From an uncultured Methanolobus sp. (GTDB taxonomy: Archaea > Halobacteriota > Methanosarcinia > Methanosarcinales > Methanosarcinaceae), in contig OY776215.1 of assembly GCA_963675495.1 (NCBI GenBank), positions 1,312,001 through 1,376,000 of the forward strand: a stretch of 64,000 bases of DNA. Direction: 5' to 3'. The notes under the pieces are model-generated. The model made no database searches. It was not told the origin of the DNA and worked only from the letters and a program-made list of their open reading frames with translations. Shown piece by piece: positions 40,772-49,899 of the stretch. The first letter of the stretch is position 1. Every line of letters begins with the position of its first letter. The position numbers and the translations under genes are program-made.

Positions 40772-40863
40772 GAGCCCCGGGAATTCAATATACCTATTGT
40801 ACAGGATTCTGCAAGTCCAATTGTCATAATTTATTAGTAAACTTCCATAGTTTTTCGGGGCTC
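40772..40863. mobile_element. possible MITE/IS-end remnant at the left edge of the defence island
   Basis: 92 bp bounded by the inverted repeat GAGCCCCG...CGGGGCTC in an otherwise AT-rich intergenic region. Confidence 0.3.
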
Positions 40864-41034
40864 TTCCCTAACTACATTTTTGCATTACTTTTTTTAGTAC
40901 TTACATTCTCATCTGGTCTCGACAGATAATATTTATATTGAATGTACGCCTAAACTTTGCCAAGATCATTTCATATTTTTATAGCTTTATCAGCAACTTC
41001 CGATAAACAGCAGAATATCGAACGTATAGGAAAT

Positions 41035-43788
41035 ATGAGCGAAAATCAAACTCCAGAGCAGGAAGCCAGAGACAAGATAGACATAAAACTGAATGATTCT
41101 GGCTGGGTAGTACAAAAAAGAGAGAAGATAGACTGGAGTGCTTCCCACGGAATTGCGGTGCGTGAATACTGGACTGATGTGGGTCCGGCTGATTATGTCC
41201 TTTTTGTTAACAAGATACCTGTTGGGATTATTGAAGCAAAAAAGAAGGAAGAGGGACATAAACTGACAGTTGTGGAGGAGCAATCCGCAGAATATGCTTC
41301 CAGCAAGTTAAAATATCTGGATAATGGCCAGCTTCCTTTTGTTTATGAGAGTAATGGAGAACTCACAAGGTTCACGGATTATCGTGACCCTAAACCAAGA
41401 TCAAAGTCTGTGTTCTCATTTCATCGGCCTGAAACATTCAGGGACTGGCTCAAAAAAGAGCCTTTAAGAGAAAGGCTTCTTTTGATACCGGAATTACGAG
41501 TTGAAAATTTGCGTGATTGCCAGATAATGGCAATTAATAATCTTGAAACTTCATTTAAGGAGAATCGTCCTAAAGCTTTGATCCAGATGGCCACTGGTTC
41601 CGGAAAAACCTATACTGCTATTACTTTCATTTACCGCTTGCTAAAATACGCAGATGCCAACAAGATACTGTTCCTTGTTGATACCAGAAACCTTGGTGAG
41701 CAGGCGGAGCAGGAATTCATGGCTTACATGCCAAATGATGATAACCGCAAATTCACTGAGTTGTACAATGTTCAGCGGCTGCGTTCCAATTATATATCTT
41801 CGGACAGCCAGGTATGCATTTCCACTATCCAACGTCTGTATTCCATTCTTAAGGATGAGGAGTTGGATGAAGAGTCAGAAACTGAGAATCCTGCTGAGAA
41901 GAAATGGCAGCCAAAGGAGCCACTTCCTGTTGTATATAATGAGAAGATCCCAATTGAAGAGTTTGATTTTGTGGTTGTTGATGAGTGTCACCGTTCTATC
42001 TACAACCTGTGGCAGCAGGTAATTGATTATTTCGATTCGTTCCTGATAGGTCTGACAGCGACCCCGGATAAACGTACTTTTGGTTTTTTTGATGAGAATG
42101 TGGTAAGTGAGTACGGCCATGAGGAAGCGGTGGCAGATGGTGTGAATGTTGGTTATGATGTGTACACTATTGAGACTGAGATCACAAAAGAAGGAGCAAA
42201 GATCAACGCAAAGGAGTTTGTGGACAAGAGGGAGAAACTTACCCGCAGGAAGCGCTGGGAACAACTCGATGAAGAGTACACATATACTGGCAAGAAGCTT
42301 GACAGGGATGTTGTTAATCCAAGCCAGATAAGAAATGTCATACGCACTTTCAGGGACAAACTGCCGGAGATATTCCCGGGAAGAGAAGAAGTTCCAAAGA
42401 CGCTGATCTTTGCCAAGACAGACAGCCATGCAGATGATATTATACAGACAGTACGGAAAGAGTTCGGAGAAGGTAACGCTTTTTGTAAAAAAGTCACCTA
42501 CAAAAATGAAGAAGACCCGAAGTCTGTGCTGTCACAGTTCCGTAATGATTACAATCCAAGAATTGCTGTGACAGTGGATATGATAGCTACCGGCACGGAT
42601 GTTAAGCCGCTGGAATGCCTGCTGTTTATGAGAGATGTGAAAAGCCGGAACTATTTTGAGCAGATGAAAGGACGTGGGACCAGAGTCATGGGTTATGATG
42701 ACCTGAAGAAAGTCACGCCTTCGGCAGTTTCGGCGAAGACTCATTTTGTGGTTGTGGACGCTGTGGGTGTCACTAAGTCCATGAAGACTGACAGCAGACC
42801 ACTTGAGCGTAAGAAGGGGATCGCCTTGAAAGACCTGTTGGCAGCGGTTACTTTTGGCGCTCAGGATGAAGACCTTTACATTTCACTAGGGAACAGGCTG
42901 TCGAGGTTGAACAAGCAGATCACTGATGATGAAAGGGCTACTTTTGCTGAAAAAGCCGGTGGAAAAGAAATAAGCGGGGCAATCCGGGACTTGTTCAGAG
43001 CATATAATCCTGATATTATAGATGCCATGGCTTCCGGTATAAAACAGCAGCAACCCCAGATATCTCAAGAGAAAGCACAGAAACAGGCACAACAGGAATT
43101 AATAGATGTTGCGAGGTCAACATTTAACGGAAGGCTGAACGATTATATCGAGAATGTACGCAGGGTACACGAGCAGATCATTGATACAGTGAATACTGAT
43201 ACTGTTCTCAGGGCTGAGTGGGATAAGGAAGCTGTTGCAAAAGCTGATGAGCTGGTAAGCGACTTCAAAGTCTATCTGGAAGCTAACAAGGATGAGATCA
43301 CAGCATTGCGTATCTTCTACAACCAACCCTACCAGCGCAGGGATGTGACCTTCGCAATGATAAAAGAGCTGCTGGAAAAGCTGAAGATAGAAAAACCCCA
43401 CTTTGCACCTCTGAGAGTCTGGCAGGCATACGAGCAACTGGAGAAGGTCAACGGCAATTCTCCCAAAAGCGAGCTTACAGCTCTGGTCTCCCTTATCCGC
43501 AGGGTGACGGAGATAGACCCGGTTCTTACCGCCTATGACCAGACAGTGAACCGTAATTTCCAGGATTGGGTTTTCAGCAAACAGGCCGGAACCCTGAAGT
43601 TCAATGAAGACCAGATGAACTGGCTGCGCATGATAAAGGATTACGTGACCAACAGTTTCCATCTGGAAATAGATGACCTCGATTACACTCCCTTTGATGC
43701 AATGGGCGGTCGTGGAAAGATGTACCAGCTCTTTGGCGATGAGATGAACGTGATTATCGGCGAATTGAATGAGGCACTGGCGGCTTGA
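41035..43788 (+). CDS. hsdR: Type I restriction enzyme R subunit
   Basis: ADY...IIEAKK nuclease, MATGSGKT, DECH, LTATP, TG.D, QMKGRGTR, EcoEI-R-like C-terminus. ATG 41035. Confidence 0.95.
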   Translation: MSENQTPEQEARDKIDIKLNDSGWVVQKREKIDWSASHGIAVREYWTDVGPADYVLFVNKIPVGIIEAKKKEEGHKLTVVEEQSAEYASSKLKYLDNGQLPFVYESNGELTRFTDYRDPKPRSKSVFSFHRPETFRDWLKKEPLRERLLLIPELRVENLRDCQIMAINNLETSFKENRPKALIQMATGSGKTYTAITFIYRLLKYADANKILFLVDTRNLGEQAEQEFMAYMPNDDNRKFTELYNVQRLRSNYISSDSQVCISTIQRLYSILKDEELDEESETENPAEKKWQPKEPLPVVYNEKIPIEEFDFVVVDECHRSIYNLWQQVIDYFDSFLIGLTATPDKRTFGFFDENVVSEYGHEEAVADGVNVGYDVYTIETEITKEGAKINAKEFVDKREKLTRRKRWEQLDEEYTYTGKKLDRDVVNPSQIRNVIRTFRDKLPEIFPGREEVPKTLIFAKTDSHADDIIQTVRKEFGEGNAFCKKVTYKNEEDPKSVLSQFRNDYNPRIAVTVDMIATGTDVKPLECLLFMRDVKSRNYFEQMKGRGTRVMGYDDLKKVTPSAVSAKTHFVVVDAVGVTKSMKTDSRPLERKKGIALKDLLAAVTFGAQDEDLYISLGNRLSRLNKQITDDERATFAEKAGGKEISGAIRDLFRAYNPDIIDAMASGIKQQQPQISQEKAQKQAQQELIDVARSTFNGRLNDYIENVRRVHEQIIDTVNTDTVLRAEWDKEAVAKADELVSDFKVYLEANKDEITALRIFYNQPYQRRDVTFAMIKELLEKLKIEKPHFAPLRVWQAYEQLEKVNGNSPKSELTALVSLIRRVTEIDPVLTAYDQTVNRNFQDWVFSKQAGTLKFNEDQMNWLRMIKDYVTNSFHLEIDDLDYTPFDAMGGRGKMYQLFGDEMNVIIGELNEALAA

Positions 43789-45146
43789 TGATGGATGAGT
43801 GGATAGAGAGTATTGTTGCGGCTGGTGAGGGATACCATATTGAGTTCAAGGAGAGTCTTGATAAGTCGTTTGTTGAGGAGGTTTGCGCTTTTGCTAATTC
43901 CAATGGCGGAAAGGTATTTCTTGGCATTTCTGATAAGGGGATCATCAAAGGTGTTCAGACCGATAATAGTTTCAGATCAAGGGTGCAGGACTCCCTGAGA
44001 CAGTTGCAGCCACAGCTTGATGTTAAGATCGAAGTGCATGACAATTTTATTGTTGCTGATGTGCCGGAGGGGAGCGAGAAGCCTTATGCCTGTTCCAGAG
44101 GGTTCTTTCTTCGAAACGGGGCAAATTCCCAGAAACTGAACCGCAATGAGATCATCGCTTTTTTCCAGAAGGAAGGTCGCATCCGTTTTGAAGAACTGCG
44201 AAACGGGAAGGCAGATTTTGAGAATGACTTTGATGAGAGGGCATTTCGTAATTTCCTGAAACTTGCAGGCATTACTAATTCAATTGACAGGATGTCTTTG
44301 CTGCGGAATCTGGATTGCATTACTGATGATGGAAAACTAAATAATGCCGGAGTTCTGTTCTTTGCAAAGGATATTGATTTCCTGCTAAATCATGCTATTG
44401 TTGTCTGTGTCCTGTATAAAGGAACAAAAAAAGTGCATATCCTTGATAAGAAGGATTTCAAGGAAAATATTGTTGAGAACATCGACAATGCCATCCTTTT
44501 TGTTAAAAGACATACCAACGTGGAATACAGAATTGAGAAGATCCAACGGGAAGAGATCCCGGATATTCCCGATATAGCTCTAAGAGAAGCCATCATAAAT
44601 GCAGTATGCCACCGAGATTATTTTGACAGAGGTTCCAATGTGCTTATAGAGGTCTTTGACGACAGGGTTGAGATCTCAAACCCCGGTGGCCTGCCAAGCG
44701 GCCTTAAGCCCTCTGATTTCGGCAACCTGAGCGTTGCCCGCAATCCCCTTATTGCATCCCTGCTGCACAGGATAGACTATATTGAAAAGGTCGGCACCGG
44801 CATAAGCCGTATCAAGCAGGCTGTAGATGAGAACGAGAAGACTTCGGTTGAGTTTTCATACGATGGTCGTTTTTCCGTGATTTTCCGAAAACTTGACATA
44901 AGTTCGGAGATGGAGTTGGGAGAAAAGTTGGGTGACGGTTGGGAGAAAAATTCGGAGAAAAGTTCGGAGAAAATCCTTGAAGCAATTAAAGAAAATCCCA
45001 CTATTACCCGTGAAGAACTTAGTCAGATTGCAGACTTGTCTATACGGGGAGTGGAATGGAACCTTGCTAAATTGAAGGATGAAGGAAAAATCAAGCGTAT
45101 TGGATCGAGAAAAAGCGGGCATTGGGAAATAATAGATAAGTCCTAA
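43788..45146 (+). CDS. Schlafen/AlbA_2 + HATPase_c_4 (RecG-C-like) + wHTH protein X1
   Basis: EG..IEFKES, CAFANS.GG...LG..D.G, REAI.NAVCHRDY, I.NPGG, RNP.IA, E..GTG, C-terminal wHTH ending G.W. TGATG overlap with the hsdR stop. Confidence 0.88.
   Translation: MMDEWIESIVAAGEGYHIEFKESLDKSFVEEVCAFANSNGGKVFLGISDKGIIKGVQTDNSFRSRVQDSLRQLQPQLDVKIEVHDNFIVADVPEGSEKPYACSRGFFLRNGANSQKLNRNEIIAFFQKEGRIRFEELRNGKADFENDFDERAFRNFLKLAGITNSIDRMSLLRNLDCITDDGKLNNAGVLFFAKDIDFLLNHAIVVCVLYKGTKKVHILDKKDFKENIVENIDNAILFVKRHTNVEYRIEKIQREEIPDIPDIALREAIINAVCHRDYFDRGSNVLIEVFDDRVEISNPGGLPSGLKPSDFGNLSVARNPLIASLLHRIDYIEKVGTGISRIKQAVDENEKTSVEFSYDGRFSVIFRKLDISSEMELGEKLGDGWEKNSEKSSEKILEAIKENPTITREELSQIADLSIRGVEWNLAKLKDEGKIKRIGSRKSGHWEIIDKS
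44901..44972 (+). repeat. degenerate 12-bp tandem array inside X1 linker
   Basis: Six units near AGTT(C/G)GGAGAAA, with lengths 13,12,11,12,12,12. Confidence 0.75.
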
Positions 45147-45178
45147 AATAAATATATCAACGCTTGGTTTTAAGATTG

Positions 45179-45250
45179 CTGTGGTATAAACTGTGGTATA
45201 AACTGTGGTATAAACTGTGGTATAAACTGTGGTATAAACTGTGGAGAAAA
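45179..45250 (+). repeat. 12-bp tandem array, intergenic
   Basis: CTGTGGTATAAA x5 perfect (45179-45238) plus a degenerate sixth unit. Confidence 0.95.
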
Positions 45251-45310
45251 TCCAAAAATAAAAGACTTTTGCAACGAATAACACCAAATAAGTGTGAAAA
45301 TTTAAAATTA

Positions 45311-45346
45311 ATTAATGTAGAATTAAATGATGAATTGGCGGCTTAA
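45311..45346 (+). pseudogene. relic 3' end of a second hsdR allele
   Basis: Reads INVELNDELAA* versus the hsdR end IIGELNEALAA*; 27/36 nt identical to 43753-43788. Confidence 0.7.
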
Positions 45347-45348
45347 AA

Positions 45349-46833
45349 ATGGAATTACCCGATAGTTGGATTAAAGTCGTTTCAAGTGAAATATTAGATA
45401 TTAGAGATGGAACTCACGATACTCCAAAATATGTTGATGATGAAATATATCCTTTAGTAACATCCAAAAATCTAAAAAATGGAGATTTAGACTTAAAAAA
45501 TGTAAAATACATTTCTAAAGAAGATTTTTTACAAATTTCACTGAGATCAAAGGTTGATATTGGCGATATTCTATTTGCAATGATTGGCACTATTGGCAAT
45601 CCTGTCTTAGTAAAAGCCGAGCCAAAATATGCAATCAAAAATATTGGTTTATTTAAAAATCCTAAAAAATTAATCAGTTCTGAATTGTTTAAGTATTACC
45701 TAGATTCATTCACTTTTTATTCACAAATTGAAGAAAAACAGTTTTTAAAGGGAACTACACAAAAATTCATACCACTTGGGCATTTGAGGAAAATAGAAAT
45801 CCCGCTCCCACCACTCCCCGAACAACGCGCCATAGTCTCCAAGATCGAGCTGCTCTTCAGCGAACTTGACAACGGCATCGCCAATCTCAAACTGGCACAG
45901 GAGCAGCTCAAAGTTTACAGGCAGTCGGTGCTGAAGAAAGCGTTTGAAGGAGAGCTTACGAAGAAGTGGAGAGAAAAGCAGCAGGATTTGCATGGTGCTG
46001 ATGAGCTGCTGGTTGAGATTAGCAGGGAAAAAGAAGAAGCTGCCAAGGCTACCGGCAAAAAATTAAAAACTGTAAAACCCCTCAATGAGACTGAATTAAA
46101 AGATTTGTCAAGCCTGCCGACTGATTGGAGATGGACAAAAATTGAAGAACTCGGGGAAGTAACAGGTGGCCTGACAAAGAATTCAAAAAGAAATAAAATA
46201 TCTACAAAACTGCCTTACCTTAGAGTCGCTAATGTCTATTCCAATGAATTACGTTTAGATGACATCAAATTCATCGGTATTGAAGAACAAGAAATCCCGC
46301 GAGTAATATTAAAAGAAGGAGATCTTTTAGTCGTCGAAGGAAATGGAAGTTCTAGTCAAATCGGTAGAGTTGCCATCTGGAATGGAAAAATATCTCCATG
46401 CGTACATCAAAACCATCTCATAAAAGTTAGATTCCAAATTGTGGATATCGGCAAATTTATACTTTTTTGGCTAATTTCATTTGAAGGTAGAAAACAGATT
46501 ACTAGAGTTGCAAGCTCCACGTCAGGCCTTTACACATTAAATATTTCAAAAGTATCCTCTTTACCTATTCCAGTCCCACCTCTCCCCGAACAACAAGCCA
46601 TCATCAGCGAAATCGAAACACGCCTTTCAGTCTGCGATAAAGTAGAACAGGATATCGCGGAGAATCTGGAGAAAGCCGAGGCTCTTAGGCAGAGTATTTT
46701 GAAAAAGGCGTTTGAGGGGAAACTGCTCAATGAGAGGGAGTTGGAGGAAGTTAGGAAGGCGGATGACTGGGAGCCGGCTGAGGTTTTGTTGGAGAGGGTG
46801 AGGGCTGAGAGAGCAGAAAGTGGGAAGAGGTGA
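45349..46833 (+). CDS. hsdS: Type I R-M specificity subunit
   Basis: ELP.SW start, two TRDs, twice PP.LPEQ.AI...IE and RQS.LKKAFEG.L. Confidence 0.93.
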   Translation: MELPDSWIKVVSSEILDIRDGTHDTPKYVDDEIYPLVTSKNLKNGDLDLKNVKYISKEDFLQISLRSKVDIGDILFAMIGTIGNPVLVKAEPKYAIKNIGLFKNPKKLISSELFKYYLDSFTFYSQIEEKQFLKGTTQKFIPLGHLRKIEIPLPPLPEQRAIVSKIELLFSELDNGIANLKLAQEQLKVYRQSVLKKAFEGELTKKWREKQQDLHGADELLVEISREKEEAAKATGKKLKTVKPLNETELKDLSSLPTDWRWTKIEELGEVTGGLTKNSKRNKISTKLPYLRVANVYSNELRLDDIKFIGIEEQEIPRVILKEGDLLVVEGNGSSSQIGRVAIWNGKISPCVHQNHLIKVRFQIVDIGKFILFWLISFEGRKQITRVASSTSGLYTLNISKVSSLPIPVPPLPEQQAIISEIETRLSVCDKVEQDIAENLEKAEALRQSILKKAFEGKLLNERELEEVRKADDWEPAEVLLERVRAERAESGKR

Positions 46834-46840
46834 GGAAAAA

Positions 46841-48322
46841 ATGGGATTAGAAAGGTTGAAAAGACTACTCAAAGAGCAGGAAGGCATCCGTCTGGAATTT
46901 AAGGAAGCACGCACAGCCTTGCCGGGTAATTTATTCGAGACAATTTGTGCTATGCTCAATCGTGATGGTGGGGACATCATTCTTGGAGCAGATGACACTG
47001 GCAACATTACCGGGGTCGAGCATAACAAAATTGAGTCCATTGTGACCAATCTGGTCAACCTGTCAAACAATCCTCAAAAACTCAATCCACCATTCATACT
47101 ATTCCCACAAACCTATGAAATAGAGGGAAAATGGCTGATCCATATCCAAGTTCCTGCCAGCTCACAAGTGCATAAGACCGGCAGTACTGTATTCAATCGT
47201 AGCAATGATGGGGATTTTAAAGTCACACAGCCACAACAAATTGCAGAGATACACAACCGCAAAGCTGCCCATTACACTGAAGGAATAATTTATCCTGCAT
47301 TGCATTTTGAAGATTTCAAAGCTGACCTCTTCCCTAAAATTAAAAACCTCATCCGAAGCCACAACGACAACCACCCGTGGCTGGCACTGACAGATAAGCA
47401 AATGCTGGAAAAGGCAGGTCTTTGGAAGCGAGACCTTAAAACAGCACAGGAAGGTTACACTCTTGCAGCAGCTTTGCTACTTGGCAAAGATGAAGTTATC
47501 CAGCAAATACTTCCATACTTTAAAATTGATGCACTAGCCCGTGTGGAGGATATTTATCGTTACGATGATCGAGAATACATTCAAACAAACCTAATAGAAG
47601 CCTATGAACAACTAATGACATTCATCGGCAAACACTTACCCGATAAATTTTATATGCAAGGCGATCAGCGAGTAAGCCTTCGAAATAAAATATTCAGGGA
47701 AATAGTTGCAAATCTGATTGTCCACAGAGAGTATATGAATGCTTACCCATGCACATTTATAATCTATGCAGACAGGGTTGAAACCGAAAACGCAAACAAC
47801 CCACATGGAGAAGGACCGATCGATCCTGATAGGTTTGCCCCATTTCCTAAAAATCCAGCAATCGTAAAATTCTTCATGCAGCTTGGAAGAGTAGATGAAT
47901 TGGGTTCTGGTGTTTTAAACGTAAATCGATTTATCAAGGAATATGCAGATGGTGGCAGCCCACAGTTTATTGAAGAAGATGTATTCAAGACCATCATTCC
48001 TCTTGCTGAAGAGTCAATTGAGGGAGCAATTGAGGGAGCAATTGAGGGAGCAATTGAAGGAACAATTGAGGGAGCAACCCGACATGTGAAAGACAAACTC
48101 ACTATACTTTTGCAAGTGATTGCAGAAAATGAAGGTGAAAAAGTTCCTGACTATGCAGCCATAACCAAACTGTCGGTTAGCAGTGTTGAAAGATACATTA
48201 AGCAATTAAAGAATGCTGATCTGATAGATTTCAGAGGGAGATCAACATTGACCGGGGGTTATTACCTGACAGATGAAATGAAGAAAAAGTTAAAAGGAAA
48301 AACTCAGGGACAAAAAACATGA
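46841..48322 (+). CDS. Schlafen/AlbA_2 + HATPase_c_4 + wHTH protein X2
   Basis: EG.RLEFKEA, CAMLNRDGG.I.LG.DD.G, REIVANLIVHREY, PKNP.I, ELGSG, C-terminal wHTH ending GGYY. ATGA overlap with hsdM. Confidence 0.88.
   Translation: MGLERLKRLLKEQEGIRLEFKEARTALPGNLFETICAMLNRDGGDIILGADDTGNITGVEHNKIESIVTNLVNLSNNPQKLNPPFILFPQTYEIEGKWLIHIQVPASSQVHKTGSTVFNRSNDGDFKVTQPQQIAEIHNRKAAHYTEGIIYPALHFEDFKADLFPKIKNLIRSHNDNHPWLALTDKQMLEKAGLWKRDLKTAQEGYTLAAALLLGKDEVIQQILPYFKIDALARVEDIYRYDDREYIQTNLIEAYEQLMTFIGKHLPDKFYMQGDQRVSLRNKIFREIVANLIVHREYMNAYPCTFIIYADRVETENANNPHGEGPIDPDRFAPFPKNPAIVKFFMQLGRVDELGSGVLNVNRFIKEYADGGSPQFIEEDVFKTIIPLAEESIEGAIEGAIEGAIEGTIEGATRHVKDKLTILLQVIAENEGEKVPDYAAITKLSVSSVERYIKQLKNADLIDFRGRSTLTGGYYLTDEMKKKLKGKTQGQKT
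48015..48077 (+). repeat. 12-bp tandem array inside X2 linker
   Basis: CAATTGAGGGAG x5 (fourth unit CAATTGAAGGAA), encoding IEGA/IEGT. Confidence 0.92.
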
Positions 48323-49857
48323 CCGAGAACACATCATCCATCGTATCCAAAGTGTGGAGCTTTTGTAATGTACTGCGTGACGGAGGGGTGAGCTATGGAG
48401 ATTACCTTGAGCAGTTGACATTCCTCATATTCCTGAAAATGGCAGAGGAATACAGGAAGCCGCCGTATAGCAGGGATATTGACATCCCGCAGGAATATAC
48501 ATGGGATGTATTAAAGCAGAAGCGTGGCGCTGAGCTGGACATACATTACAGGAACCTATTGGATGAGCTTGCCAGAAAACCGGGGATGCTCGGACAGATA
48601 TTCCTCAAGGCGCAGAACAAGATAAGCGACCCTGCCATGCTGTACAAGGTCATTGATATGATCGACAAGGAAAGCTGGGTCATGATGGGCGTTGACACCA
48701 AGGGCGAAATATACGAAGGACTTTTGCAGAAGAACGCAGAGGACACAAAAAGCGGAGCTGGTCAGTACTTCACTCCCCGACCGCTCATCAAGATCATGGT
48801 TGAATGTCTGCGACCACAGCCCATGAAAACCATAGGCGACCCCTGCTGTGGTACTGGCGGGTTCTTCCTGGCTGCTTATGATTTTCTCACATCACGATCA
48901 AATGAGCAACTTGACCGGGAGCAGAGTAGGTTCTTGAAGAACGATACCTTTGGTGGCAACGAAATAGTAGCCGGAACCCGACGGCTGGCCCTCATGAACC
49001 TCTTCCTGCACAACATCGGAGAGATTGACGGACAGCCCATGATATCCAACTCCGATGCACTAATAGCCGATTCCGGTGAACGGTTCGATTACATCCTCAC
49101 CAATCCTCCTTTCGGTAAAAAGAGCAGCATGACCTTCACTAATGAAGAAGGTGGCCTGGAAAAAGAAGACCTCACCTACAATCGCCAGGACTTCTGGGTC
49201 ACTACCAGCAACAAACAGCTAAACTTCGTGCAGCACATCCACACCATTCTCAAAACCGGTGGTCAGGCAGCTGTGGTATTACCGGATAACGTCCTCTTTG
49301 AAGGAGGAGCCGGGGAAACTGTGCGCAAAAAGCTCATGGAAACTACCGAACTTCACACCATACTTCGTTTGCCAACCGGCATATTCTACGCCAACGGAGT
49401 GAAGGCTAACGTGTTATTCTTTGAAGCAAAACCCGCCTCTAAAAATCCATGGACAAAGGAAGTCTGGATATACGACTACCGCACCAACGTACATCACACA
49501 CTGAAAAAGAACCCCCTGAAATACTCAGACCTTGAGGAATTCATACGGTGTTACAATCCTGAAGACCGGCACAATCGCAGCGAAACATGGAATGAGGAGA
49601 ATTCCGATGGCCGATTCCGCAGGTTCAGTTATGAGGAAATAGTGGCAAGGGACAAAACCAACCTTGATATTTTCTGGCTCAAGGACAAGAGCCTTGCAGA
49701 CCTTGACAACCTTCCTGATCCTGACATACTTGCAAACGAGATAATAGAGAACATCGAAGCCTCACTTGAGAGTTTCAGGGAAGTAATGGACATTGTGAAT
49801 GGGAACGTAAGCAGTGATCTGGTATATTGCAAAGACATTCGTTCCAACACAAAATAA
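48319..49857 (+). CDS. hsdM: Type I R-M m6A methyltransferase subunit
   Basis: GAGQYFTPR, DPCCGTGG, NPPF, LRLPTGIFY. Confidence 0.95.
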   Translation: MTENTSSIVSKVWSFCNVLRDGGVSYGDYLEQLTFLIFLKMAEEYRKPPYSRDIDIPQEYTWDVLKQKRGAELDIHYRNLLDELARKPGMLGQIFLKAQNKISDPAMLYKVIDMIDKESWVMMGVDTKGEIYEGLLQKNAEDTKSGAGQYFTPRPLIKIMVECLRPQPMKTIGDPCCGTGGFFLAAYDFLTSRSNEQLDREQSRFLKNDTFGGNEIVAGTRRLALMNLFLHNIGEIDGQPMISNSDALIADSGERFDYILTNPPFGKKSSMTFTNEEGGLEKEDLTYNRQDFWVTTSNKQLNFVQHIHTILKTGGQAAVVLPDNVLFEGGAGETVRKKLMETTELHTILRLPTGIFYANGVKANVLFFEAKPASKNPWTKEVWIYDYRTNVHHTLKKNPLKYSDLEEFIRCYNPEDRHNRSETWNEENSDGRFRRFSYEEIVARDKTNLDIFWLKDKSLADLDNLPDPDILANEIIENIEASLESFREVMDIVNGNVSSDLVYCKDIRSNTK

Positions 49858-49899
49858 CACATATATAATATAGTATAATAAATATAATAAAAGATATCT

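Noticed and set aside
45179-45250. Tandem array as a CRISPR array
   Set aside because: Units are 12 bp and directly adjacent with no spacers, and no cas genes are in the window.
45164-45346. 60-aa ORF (LWYK repeats) and antisense 44856-45287 ORF as real genes
   Set aside because: The open frames are by-products of the 12-bp repeat plus the relic hsdR tail. TTG start with no RBS.
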